From a virus (taxonomy: Duplodnaviria > Caudoviricetes), in IMG/VR virus record IMGVR_UViG_3300043568_002015, positions 1 through 62,080 of that record: DNA of 62,080 nucleotides. One strand, 5' to 3'. Positions within the stretch are counted from its first letter, which is position 1. Each line of letters starts with the position of its first letter. The notes beneath the pieces are model-generated. The model was not told where the DNA came from. It did not search any database and saw only the letters and a program-made list of their open reading frames with translations. This document shows positions 40,596 to 49,985 of the stretch, one piece after another. The translations under genes were made by a program, and so were the position numbers.

Positions 40596-42352
40596 AAACA
40601 CTGACAGTTAAAAATTTCATGAGCGTGGGAAATTCCACACAAGCAGTGGATTTCAATCGCAATGACTTGACATTGGTTTTGGGTGAGAACCTGGACCTGG
40701 GCGGTGACGACAGTGGTGCCCGCAATGGCACTGGCAAGACCACCATCATCAATGCCTTGAGTTTTGCTTTCTATGGCAATGCGCTGACCAACATCAAGAA
40801 AGACAATTTAATTAACAAAACCAATCAAAAGAACATGATGGTGACCATTGACTTTGAAAAGGATGGACAAAGCTATCGTATCGAGCGAGGCCGCAAGCCC
40901 AGCATCATGAAGTTTTGGATTGGCGATATTGAAAAAGAAATCACTGACGACGCACAAGGTGACAGTCGAGAGACACAGGCTGACATAGAACGTATGCTGG
41001 GCATGAGTCACGATATGTTCAAGCATATTGTGGCATTAAACACCTACACCGAGCCGTTCTTGAGCTTAAAAGCCAATGAACAGCGCACTATTATTGAGCA
41101 ATTGCTGGGCATTACCCTACTAAGTGAAAAAGCAGAATCTCTTAAAGAGAACAATAAAGCCACCAAGGACGCCATCACAGCTGAGGAATACCGCATTAAA
41201 GCAGTAGGTGATGCCAACCGACGCATCGAAGAACAGATTGAAAATCTCCGGCGCCGACAAACCATGTGGCAGAACAAACATGCTGAAGATCTGGGCCGGC
41301 TGGAATCAGCGTTGGTACAATTGCAGACCATTGATATTGATGCTGAAGTTCAGGCGCACAAAGACCTCACAGCATATAACCAGAAACGCAAGGACATAAA
41401 TGATTTAACCACCATGTCTAAACGTGCTGCTGTTGATGAACAACGTGGCCAAAAGTTAGTTGACAAGTTAAAACAGGAAATTGCCGATCTAGAAGACCAT
41501 AAATGCAGCACATGTGGTCAGGATTTACATGATATCAAACATGAGCAACTGTTGTCAGAAAAACAGAATGCGCTAAAGGAAGCATCGTTACAAGCACTTA
41601 GTGACAACGGACAATGGATAGAATTGCTGGGTGCGCTACAAGATCTGGGAGAGCTGGGCACACAGCCCAAGGTGTTCTATGATAAAGAAGAAGATGCTAT
41701 TCATCATCGTAGTACATTAGCCAACTTACAACAACAGATTGAAACCAAACGCACTGAAGATGATCCTTACACTGAGCAAATTGTGGAAATGCAGACGCAG
41801 GGTGTGGAAGAGATCAGCTACGATGTCATCAATGACCTGACCAATTTAAAAGATCATCAGGAATTTTTGCTGAAACTGTTGACCAACAAAGACAGTTTCA
41901 TTCGCAAGAGAATTATTGATCAGAACCTGTCCTACTTAAATGCACGTCTGGGACAATACTTGGATCGCATTGGACTACCGCATACTGTAAAATTCAACAA
42001 CGACCTGTCAGTGGCTATTACAGAACTGGGCAGAGACCTGGACTTCGACAATTTATCACGTGGTGAACGCAATAGACTTATATTGTCCTTGAGCTGGGCA
42101 TTCCGAGATGTATGGGAAAGTCTGTATCAGCCCATTAACCTGCTGTTCATTGACGAACTGGTGGATTCAGGCATGGATAGTTCGGGTGTGGAAAACAGTC
42201 TGGCTGTCCTGAAGAAGATGAGCCGCGACGCCAACAAGAGCATTTGGCTGGTATCGCACAAGGACGAGTTGGCTGGCAGAGTCAACAATACCCTACATGT
42301 GGTCAAGGAAAATGGATTCACAACCTACAATACGGACGTGGAAATCACATGA
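40583..42352 (+). CDS. gp46: Recombination ATPase subunit, gp46/Rad50/SbcC-like
   Basis: Walker A NGTGKT, Zn-hook CSTC, signature LSRGE, Walker B LFIDE, H-loop SH. Confidence 0.92.
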   Translation: MFKIKTLTVKNFMSVGNSTQAVDFNRNDLTLVLGENLDLGGDDSGARNGTGKTTIINALSFAFYGNALTNIKKDNLINKTNQKNMMVTIDFEKDGQSYRIERGRKPSIMKFWIGDIEKEITDDAQGDSRETQADIERMLGMSHDMFKHIVALNTYTEPFLSLKANEQRTIIEQLLGITLLSEKAESLKENNKATKDAITAEEYRIKAVGDANRRIEEQIENLRRRQTMWQNKHAEDLGRLESALVQLQTIDIDAEVQAHKDLTAYNQKRKDINDLTTMSKRAAVDEQRGQKLVDKLKQEIADLEDHKCSTCGQDLHDIKHEQLLSEKQNALKEASLQALSDNGQWIELLGALQDLGELGTQPKVFYDKEEDAIHHRSTLANLQQQIETKRTEDDPYTEQIVEMQTQGVEEISYDVINDLTNLKDHQEFLLKLLTNKDSFIRKRIIDQNLSYLNARLGQYLDRIGLPHTVKFNNDLSVAITELGRDLDFDNLSRGERNRLILSLSWAFRDVWESLYQPINLLFIDELVDSGMDSSGVENSLAVLKKMSRDANKSIWLVSHKDELAGRVNNTLHVVKENGFTTYNTDVEIT

Positions 42353-43359
42353 GTTTAGCCACATGGCACTGGCACATAGAGATCAGCAGCAAATGTACAC
42401 TACGTTGCCCACGTTGTGCCCGTCAGGAAGTTCCTGATTCTCTGATTAATACTGAGTTGAATTTGGAGTTTTTTAAACGAAATTTTACTCCAGAGTTTGT
42501 CACCAGCAATGTAGAAAAAATCACATTCTGTGGCGACGATGGCGATCCCATATATGCTCATGACTTGATTCCAGTCATACGATACATTAAGAGCATCAAA
42601 CCTGTGGAGATTGTAATTGTCACCAATGGCAGCTATAAAAAACCCCAATGGTGGACTGAATTGGGTTCTGTACTGGAACATCAGGACACGATACATTTCA
42701 GCATCGATGGTTGGGATCAGGAAAGCAATAGCCGGTATCGTATCAACAGCGACTTCGAAAGCATCATGGCCGGTATGCAGGCTCTACGTGCCACCAGTTC
42801 TTGCCGCATGATCTGGGACATGATTGTGTTTAGTTTTAATGAATTGAACATTGACCGCATGTCGGCGCTGGCACAGACCATGGGGTGTGATTTTATGCAG
42901 TTGACCAAGAGTACCAAATTTGGTAGTATTTACCCGTCATACGGTCAGGACGATGAGCTAGAACCTAACCTTGGATTCGTTAGTAAAACCAAACGGTTTG
43001 AGCGACTAAGCATCGCATTCAACAAAAGAAGAACGTATACTGAACACAAGGTTAATTTTGTCATGTACGACCGGGTCAAGGAAAATAAAGACATCGTTCC
43101 CCTGTGTGAGATAGGCAATAAAGGACTATATATAGATGCACGTGGTCGATTATTTCCGTGCTGTTGGGTGGCCAATCGTTATTCACACAATAACGAATGG
43201 CAAGAATTAGCCAATCGTTTTGATTTACAAAAACGATCGTTAACTGATGTATTGGCAGATGTTTTTTGGGATACGGAGTTTCGTACTTTCCGTTGGCAGG
43301 AATGCCAGACCAAGTGCAACAGTAACGTAGTAGATGAAAAATATGCAACTCAGTGGTAA
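42349..43359 (+). CDS. Radical SAM protein with SPASM/twitch-like C-terminus
   Basis: CTLRCPRC (CxxxCxxC); C...YIDARGRLFPCCW...CQTKC; start moved to MSLATW (ATGA overlap with gp46). Confidence 0.85.
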   Translation: MSLATWHWHIEISSKCTLRCPRCARQEVPDSLINTELNLEFFKRNFTPEFVTSNVEKITFCGDDGDPIYAHDLIPVIRYIKSIKPVEIVIVTNGSYKKPQWWTELGSVLEHQDTIHFSIDGWDQESNSRYRINSDFESIMAGMQALRATSSCRMIWDMIVFSFNELNIDRMSALAQTMGCDFMQLTKSTKFGSIYPSYGQDDELEPNLGFVSKTKRFERLSIAFNKRRTYTEHKVNFVMYDRVKENKDIVPLCEIGNKGLYIDARGRLFPCCWVANRYSHNNEWQELANRFDLQKRSLTDVLADVFWDTEFRTFRWQECQTKCNSNVVDEKYATQW

Positions 43360-43375
43360 TTAATATAAGTAACAG

Positions 43376-43804
43376 ATGACATGGTATTATCAAGGAACAC
43401 TGGTTGAAGAACTACCCGAAGATTGTGTGGGGTTTGTGTACTTGATCACCAACAATATAACTGGCAGAATGTATGTGGGTAAAAAGCTGGCAAAGTTTGC
43501 CAAAACCTCGTATAAAACTGTAAAATTAAAGAACGGCAACAAAAAACGCAAGAAAATTCGAAGTAAAATTGACTCAGATTGGCAAGAATATTATGGCTCC
43601 TCAACTGAACTAACTGAAGACATCAACTCCCAAGGCCCCGACAAATTTACCCGCCAGATACTTTACTACTGTAAAAGCAAGGCAGAATGCTCATATATAG
43701 AAGCACGTGAACAATTCAGCCGTAGAGTACTGGAATCAAATGATTATTATAACGGACAAATCAGCGTCCGTGTCCATGGCTCACACATTAAAAACAAGCT
43801 CTAA
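43376..43804 (+). CDS. Small GIY-YIG (Seg-like) endonuclease
   Basis: GFVYLITN...MYVGKK...YYGSS...E...YYN. Confidence 0.8.
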   Translation: MTWYYQGTLVEELPEDCVGFVYLITNNITGRMYVGKKLAKFAKTSYKTVKLKNGNKKRKKIRSKIDSDWQEYYGSSTELTEDINSQGPDKFTRQILYYCKSKAECSYIEAREQFSRRVLESNDYYNGQISVRVHGSHIKNKL

Positions 43805-44304
43805 GCTCAGCATACACAGAACCCTTGACGCAGTATTAGACTAGCACAGGTCAACATCGTGTGCCTACGACAACCGGATGATAACGGGGACGGAAGACTT
43901 GCCGCTGCCGCAAGCACTTAGTGACCATCCTTAACAGGACGCAGATTGGATATGCCTACATACAACCAATTTCACTATTTGAAAAGAATATATACCAAGG
44001 CTAAAAGATTGGAGCTCTGTGAAACAGATACAACTCCAGGCTCATGTACGGCTGGCTAACTACAGCGTATATGGGTACCGTCGTGATGAAGGCTAGGGCA
44101 AGAGGTACAGGATGACCGCCTCTGTGTAGAAATATAAACCCTTTTAGTTATGTGAGTGTGCTACTCGGATGAAGCCACAAAAATTTTTCGCCTGGAGATC
44201 AGGCGAAGTGTGAGCGATTAATCTGGATGAATCATGTCACATCCACTGCTTTAAAGAAATTGTTGTCGAGCGCAAGCGAGTACAACAGATGGACGTAGTC
44301 CATC
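43805..44304. ncRNA. Putative large structured non-coding element (ncRNA and/or origin)
   Basis: About 500 nt with no credible ORF in a densely coding region; many stem-loops (44010-44038, 44043-44073, 44187-44207, 44261-44287, 44288-44304). Confidence 0.5.
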
Positions 44305-44523
44305 TTAGAAGAATGGAAGTCCTGATTCTTTTGTGGTTTCCATGTTTTCCTGAATCAACTTGCCCACCATCTGACGCTCTACAGAGCTCATCATCATGGC
44401 ATCGTCGTAGGTGATACCACCTCGCATGAACCAACTCATCTTGATACTCTCGTTTTTAATGGCTCTTGATTCTTTTTCCAGTCGCTCGATGTATTCCACG
44501 ATGGAATCGTTATCTAGATTCAA
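44305..44523 (-). CDS. Small baseplate hub assembly protein (gp51-like)
   Basis: WFMRGGITYDDAM.MS..ER; directly after the gp26-like gene. Confidence 0.55.
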   Translation of the reverse strand: MNLDNDSIVEYIERLEKESRAIKNESIKMSWFMRGGITYDDAMMMSSVERQMVGKLIQENMETTKESGLPFF

Positions 44524-45371
44524 GAGCCTTTGGCGAAAAAACTGGCGTAATCAAACATCAATGGTAGTTTAAATTTGCTCTGACAACTTTCACACTCCAC
44601 ATCCACTGGTTGTATTCTGGTGGATTCCAGTAGTTCTGCCAGACGTGTTTGTATCGTGGTGACAATCTGAGTCTCGCATTGGTGATAGAATTCCAGAATA
44701 TATTCGGGGTTATTGACGATGTCCCCATCAGTGGTTTCAATGTACTCTGTACTGTCCACCAAAATTTTGATGTTTAATTCAACGATTCTTTCCATGTGTT
44801 TGCTATAGGTGGCAACACGAAACTCGTCAGTGGCATCTTCGGCAGTCAGTGCATTAATAATTCGTTGTTCTTCAAATCTCACCTGATCGGTCTGATTGAC
44901 ACTGAAGTATTCCTGCGGGCGTAATTTGATCTTTATGTGTCCGCAGTCCAGTTTGTCCTGATAGTTGGGCATGTGTAGCCCGTCTAAAATTGTGCTGAGA
45001 CTGACGTTGTATTCATTGTCTTCGCCACATGCTGGACATTTTGTGCCCAGTTCCATGCCGGGACCATAGCTGGCGATGCGGATGGCTATCAGGGTGGCAT
45101 CAACATCAGTGCTGGGCATACGCCAGGCATTTTTAATACTGGGACAGCAGCTTTCAATCACGCTGACCACTCCTTGCCCGTTCAACAGAGCATCGGGTGT
45201 ACGCAGCGTGATCTCGTCACGGGCAGTCATGGGATACACTGGTAAATCCCCAGTGATGGGCAACACCAGACTGTCCTCAGCCCAAAATTTGCCCTGGCTG
45301 GGTAACTTGAAGTAAATTTCTGGTTGACGGAAGTGTTTGGCCAAGGGGTTTAGAGATTGTTTGGAATCCAT
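44520..45371 (-). CDS. gp26: Baseplate hub subunit/chaperone, gp26-like
   Basis: KLPSQG, PMTARDE, IAIRIASYG, two CxxC motifs. Confidence 0.75.
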   Translation of the reverse strand: MDSKQSLNPLAKHFRQPEIYFKLPSQGKFWAEDSLVLPITGDLPVYPMTARDEITLRTPDALLNGQGVVSVIESCCPSIKNAWRMPSTDVDATLIAIRIASYGPGMELGTKCPACGEDNEYNVSLSTILDGLHMPNYQDKLDCGHIKIKLRPQEYFSVNQTDQVRFEEQRIINALTAEDATDEFRVATYSKHMERIVELNIKILVDSTEYIETTDGDIVNNPEYILEFYHQCETQIVTTIQTRLAELLESTRIQPVDVECESCQSKFKLPLMFDYASFFAKGS

Positions 45372-45381
45372 GATTTTCGAT

Positions 45382-45417
45382 CCTATAAATATAGTTGAGT
45401 AGTCATATATTTATAGG
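45382..45417. promoter_or_regulatory. Divergent pair of T4-type late promoters
   Basis: TATAAATA at 45384-45391 (+) and 45408-45415 (-), forming a 12-bp inverted repeat. Confidence 0.8.
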
Positions 45418-45429
45418 TAAGAAAACCCC

Positions 45430-47847
45430 ATGGCAGATATTGATCCGCAACTGATAGCCGCATTAAATGAAGCGTATCGTACAGGTGCGATAACTTCTGC
45501 TCAACTGGCCACTGGGCTGGCAAATCTTGGTGGAGAATTCAAGAAATTTGCGTCAGTTAATATCAAAAATGTAGCTGATGGATTAACTAGCCTGCATAAA
45601 GAAGTCAAGGGCGGTACTAAAAATTTCAAGGACATTGGTAGCGAATTACAGTATTATAAAAAACAGCTGAACAATGCAGCGGATGGCAAGGAAAAAGAAG
45701 CAGCTCAGGTCAAACTGGGAATATTAGCGCAGAAGGCCTATCAAGACTCCTTGGCCAGTGGTGCCAAAGAGATAGGTGTAGTACTGGTCAAAGGGCTATA
45801 CGACTACTACAAACGGCAAGTAATGACTGGAGTCCGTGGCCTACAAGGCGACGGTAGCCCATTCCAGGTTGCTGCAGATTTACAGCGAGAAGCAATTGAT
45901 TCAGTAGCCGCCACTGCCGGACAATTGGGATCAACCATTGGCAAAGTAGGTCAGGGTCTCATGATGATTCCGCATCCAGCTGCAATGGTGGTGGGTGCAT
46001 TGATGAATATTGGTGGCGGGATATTGGAAGCCGGTGCCAAGGAAGCAGCAGAATTATTAAAGTTTAAGCTGGAAGTTGTCAGTAAAGAATTAGAGAAAAG
46101 CTACAAAAGTTTTCAACAAGCCACAGCAGCAGGTGCATTATTTGCTGGCGGCATGACTGAGTTACGAACGGTTGCGGGGCTTGCGGGGCTAACCCAAGAG
46201 CAATTCAGTAAAGTCATTGCAGATAATAGCGGTTCATTAGCATCGTTTGGTGGAGACGTCACCGAAGGTGGAAAGAAGCTATCCCGTGTTATATCAAATT
46301 ATGATAAAGAAACAAAAAAACAATTATTAAATCTAGGCATCAGTGTCGAGGATCAAGCCCAAGGGGTTGCGGACTATATGGCTATGCTGCAACGAACAGG
46401 CAATTTGCGTGGGCAGTCAGATGCACAGTTAGCAGAAGAAAGTAAGAATTATATGGTGCAATTAAAAGCCATTGCAAGTTTTACTGGAGAAGATGCTAAA
46501 AAAGCAGAAGCCAGGGCCAAGCAAGCAGCAGCACAAGGTGCAGTTGCAGCCAAATTGCAAGAATTAGGTCCAGAGGCGGCGGCAAAATTTAATGCAGCCA
46601 TTAAACTATTACCAGAATCGCAGCAAAAAGCAGCACAGCAGATGTTAGCATTTGGTAATATAATTGATCCTGAATTGGCAATGACACTGGGTCCTGCTAG
46701 TAGAAAATTATTGTCTGGAGTCATTGACGACGTAAAAGATACCAACATTACAGCTGACGTGGCACAACAGAATTTTTATAAAACACTTGATGAGTTGAGC
46801 CCAGCATTGCAAGCTGAGGGCAAGAAGATGGCTGAAATTTTTGGTACTGTTGCGTTAGCAAACGGCCAATATGCCAATCAATCAGTAATCGCGGCTGAAG
46901 TCCTAGCATTGGCAAACAAGAATCTCAGAAGAACGGCTGAAGGTGGTGGTGGTGAACTCTCAGCATTGGATAAAGCCAAATTGGCGTTGGAGACGCAAGA
47001 TAAGTTGACTAAAGGAGTAACTGATAGTGTGGTTGCTCTACAAGCAATGAAAGAATCCTTACAAGATGATCTTACTCCTGCAATACAAAATTTTGCAGTA
47101 GAAGTCCCTAAAATATTAGAAGCATTTAGAGAAAAAATGCGTAAATTGGGATTCATGGACGATAAAGTTGCTGCTGAGCGTGCCGCTGCCGCCGCGGAAG
47201 CAGTTGCAGTATTAACAAGACAAGAAGCGGCGGTAGAAGAAACTGCTGCTGCTCGTGATGCTGCATTAGCAAATGTTAGCTTCGTAAATCGGTTATTTGG
47301 TAGATACACTGACGAGCAGCAAGCTGCTGTTAATGCTGCGTCAGCAGCAGAGTCAGCAAGAAGAGCGAACCCAACATATCTTCCGTCGTCATCCGAAATG
47401 TCAACAGGTGCAGGCCTAGGAATGGCAACTGGTGGGATTATTGCTGCCAGAAGAGGCGGAGTACCAATAGTAGCTGCTGAGGCTGGATTAAACGAAGCAT
47501 TTGTACCGTTGCCCGACGGAAAACGTATACCCATTGATATGTCATCTATGGCTGGAGGTTTGGGATCGATGTTTGGTAAAAAGGGTAGTGGAATTGACGA
47601 TGATTTTAAACGTCAGATTCTGGAAAATAACAGTCTGGTAATTACAGCCTTGCAACAGATGAAGGAGATATATACCAAGTCCATGGAGTCCACTACATTA
47701 GTGTCATCAACATATGCTGCTGAAGCAGAAAAATCATCAGCTCTATTGGAGGCGATGAATGCTGTGGTGGGTGTACTGGAGGACAGCAAGTACGAACTAC
47801 AAGATCAAAGTAGCTCACTGAAGAAATTATATGACGTGACGGCATAA
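45430..47847 (+). CDS. Tape-measure-like tail protein
   Basis: 805 aa, Ala-rich and helical; ATGGI...AEAGLNEAFVPLPDG motif typical of tail TMP C-termini. Confidence 0.55.
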   Translation: MADIDPQLIAALNEAYRTGAITSAQLATGLANLGGEFKKFASVNIKNVADGLTSLHKEVKGGTKNFKDIGSELQYYKKQLNNAADGKEKEAAQVKLGILAQKAYQDSLASGAKEIGVVLVKGLYDYYKRQVMTGVRGLQGDGSPFQVAADLQREAIDSVAATAGQLGSTIGKVGQGLMMIPHPAAMVVGALMNIGGGILEAGAKEAAELLKFKLEVVSKELEKSYKSFQQATAAGALFAGGMTELRTVAGLAGLTQEQFSKVIADNSGSLASFGGDVTEGGKKLSRVISNYDKETKKQLLNLGISVEDQAQGVADYMAMLQRTGNLRGQSDAQLAEESKNYMVQLKAIASFTGEDAKKAEARAKQAAAQGAVAAKLQELGPEAAAKFNAAIKLLPESQQKAAQQMLAFGNIIDPELAMTLGPASRKLLSGVIDDVKDTNITADVAQQNFYKTLDELSPALQAEGKKMAEIFGTVALANGQYANQSVIAAEVLALANKNLRRTAEGGGGELSALDKAKLALETQDKLTKGVTDSVVALQAMKESLQDDLTPAIQNFAVEVPKILEAFREKMRKLGFMDDKVAAERAAAAAEAVAVLTRQEAAVEETAAARDAALANVSFVNRLFGRYTDEQQAAVNAASAAESARRANPTYLPSSSEMSTGAGLGMATGGIIAARRGGVPIVAAEAGLNEAFVPLPDGKRIPIDMSSMAGGLGSMFGKKGSGIDDDFKRQILENNSLVITALQQMKEIYTKSMESTTLVSSTYAAEAEKSSALLEAMNAVVGVLEDSKYELQDQSSSLKKLYDVTA

Positions 47848-47880
47848 TCCGATAAATATCAGACATAACGGATGACCACA

Positions 47881-49605
47881 ATGAGTTGGAAAAAGTACTT
47901 TAAGACCAGCAATATAACCACAACCAATGCCAGTCCCATGGCCAATGGTATTAACAAGATTGATGCTGGGTATCGCAACTATGCCAGTACCCTACCAGAG
48001 GTGTATATTGGACACCCCAACCGTGTTGAGCGTTATAACCAATACGAACAGATGGACATGGATTCAGAAGTCAATGCTGCACTGGATATCCTGGCCGAAT
48101 TTTGCAGTCAGAAAGGTGAAGAAAATCTCACAGCATTTGACATACACTATCACGAAAAGCCCACTGACAACGAAGTTAAAATCATCAAAGAGCAGCTACA
48201 ACAGTGGGTCAACCTGAACGAATTCAACAAGCGTATCTTTAAGATTGTTCGCAATACTTTAAAATATGGTGATCAGGTGTTTATCCGTGATCCTGAGACT
48301 TTTAAGTTGATGTGGACTGAGATGAGTAAAGTCACCAAGGTCATTGTCAACGAGACCGCGGGCAAAGAGCCTGAACAGTATGTGATCAAAGATCTCAACC
48401 CCAATTTCCAGAATTTAACAGTCACAGCAGTCAGTACCAGCGACACGTTTGTCAATCATCCACAAGTGGGTGGTCCGTCAGGGGCTTATGTACAGCCCAA
48501 AACACCATACGGCGGCGGCAGTCGATTTAGTCATGCACAGAACGAAGCAGTTATCAATGCAGAACACGTGGTTCATCTGAGTTTAACAGAAGGTCTGGAT
48601 GTATTCTGGCCCTTTGGTAACTCAGTGTTGGAAAACGTTTTTAAAGTTTTCAAGCAGAAAGAACTGCTGGAAGACGCCATCATTATATATCGTATACAAC
48701 GTGCGCCTGAGCGCAGAATCTTCAAGATTGATGTGGGTAACATGCCACCTCACATGGCCATGGCCTTTGTGGAACGTATTAAGACTGAAGTCAGTCAGAG
48801 AAGAATACCCACCCAGACTGGTGGCGGCACCAATATGATGGATGCCACTTATAATCCGCTGTCAACAAACGAAGACTATTTCTTCCCCCAAACTGCTGAC
48901 GGTCGTGGTAGTAGTGTGGACACGCTGCAAGGTGGTACAAACCTGGGCGAGATCACGGATTTAAAATTCTTTACCAACAAATTATTCCGTGGACTACGTA
49001 TTCCCAGCAGTTACTTGCCCACCGGCGTAGATGATGGTACACAGAGCTTTAGTGATGGTCGTGTGGGCACAGCATTGATTCAGGAATGGCGTTTTAACCA
49101 GTACTGTATGCGTCTGCAATCCATGATCGTGGACAAGCTGGATACAGAATTTAAAATGTTCCTGCGATGGAGAGGCATTAACATCGACGGTCAATTGTTT
49201 GATCTGTTGTTTAATGAACCGCAAAACTTTGCACAATATCGCCAAGCTGATATTGATTCAGCTAAAATTGCCACATTCACACAGTTAGAGCCCATGCCTT
49301 ACTTCAGTAAACGTTTCTTGATGAAGCGTTATCTGGGCATGAGTGAGCAAGAGCTGACTGAAAACGAAATGCAATGGCGTGAAGAACAGGGACAGGCAGA
49401 AGTGACTGGCCCAGGGCAGGCCAACCTGCGTAACGTGGGTATCACTCCGGGCGGACTGGCAAATGATCTGGAAGCCGCAGGCGATATGCCCACTGGTGAC
49501 GAAATGGCTGCTGGTGCCGAAATGCCTGGCGCTGCTGGCCCAGCTGCTGGTGCAACCGCTGGCGGTGCAGGTACGCCAGCCGCAAGTCCTCCTGGCGTAG
49601 CATAA
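47881..49605 (+). CDS. gp20: Portal protein, gp20-like
   Basis: LLEDAIIIYRIQRAPERRIFKIDVGNMP, EDYFFP, TLQGGTNLGEITD. Confidence 0.95.
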   Translation: MSWKKYFKTSNITTTNASPMANGINKIDAGYRNYASTLPEVYIGHPNRVERYNQYEQMDMDSEVNAALDILAEFCSQKGEENLTAFDIHYHEKPTDNEVKIIKEQLQQWVNLNEFNKRIFKIVRNTLKYGDQVFIRDPETFKLMWTEMSKVTKVIVNETAGKEPEQYVIKDLNPNFQNLTVTAVSTSDTFVNHPQVGGPSGAYVQPKTPYGGGSRFSHAQNEAVINAEHVVHLSLTEGLDVFWPFGNSVLENVFKVFKQKELLEDAIIIYRIQRAPERRIFKIDVGNMPPHMAMAFVERIKTEVSQRRIPTQTGGGTNMMDATYNPLSTNEDYFFPQTADGRGSSVDTLQGGTNLGEITDLKFFTNKLFRGLRIPSSYLPTGVDDGTQSFSDGRVGTALIQEWRFNQYCMRLQSMIVDKLDTEFKMFLRWRGINIDGQLFDLLFNEPQNFAQYRQADIDSAKIATFTQLEPMPYFSKRFLMKRYLGMSEQELTENEMQWREEQGQAEVTGPGQANLRNVGITPGGLANDLEAAGDMPTGDEMAAGAEMPGAAGPAAGATAGGAGTPAASPPGVA

Positions 49606-49630
49606 TTTCACAAAATGGGTAAATACACTT

Positions 49631-49885
49631 ATGTTTATTAATAACCTATTTGAATCCCCACGTGAATCCATGCCCGGGTACGAATCCGAGCAGGACGATC
49701 AGTCCACGATGAAGTTGAGCGATCTACGTAAAACCCGATTGACATTGTCGCACCTCAACCGTTTAAGACAAGCATCTGATGTACGTAAATTCGAACACGA
49801 AAAAAACATCGAACAAATCCAAGGCCAGTACAAAGCACCAGTGGAAGCTGGTGCAATGGGTGGCATGGGTGGTCTGGGTGTGTAA
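49631..49885 (+). CDS. Small prohead-associated protein
   Basis: Lies between portal and core genes; RKTRLTL motif. Confidence 0.6.
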   Translation: MFINNLFESPRESMPGYESEQDDQSTMKLSDLRKTRLTLSHLNRLRQASDVRKFEHEKNIEQIQGQYKAPVEAGAMGGMGGLGV

Positions 49886-49985
49886 ATCTACATATCCTTC
49901 AAAAACCTTCAAAAAACACGCATTTAACCCCAAAAACTACATACATTTGTAAATACATTACAAAGCCATTTAACAGGAGTTCCTT

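Noticed and set aside
43805-44304. Group I intron, tmRNA, RNase P or CRISPR array
   Set aside because: The region does not interrupt a gene. I could not find P7/R-S motifs, tRNA-like ends, GAGGAAAGTCC or regular repeat-spacer units. A covariance search is still needed.
49896-49915. CCTTCAAAAA direct repeat (two copies)
   Set aside because: Only two short copies in AT-rich intergenic DNA; no function can be supported.
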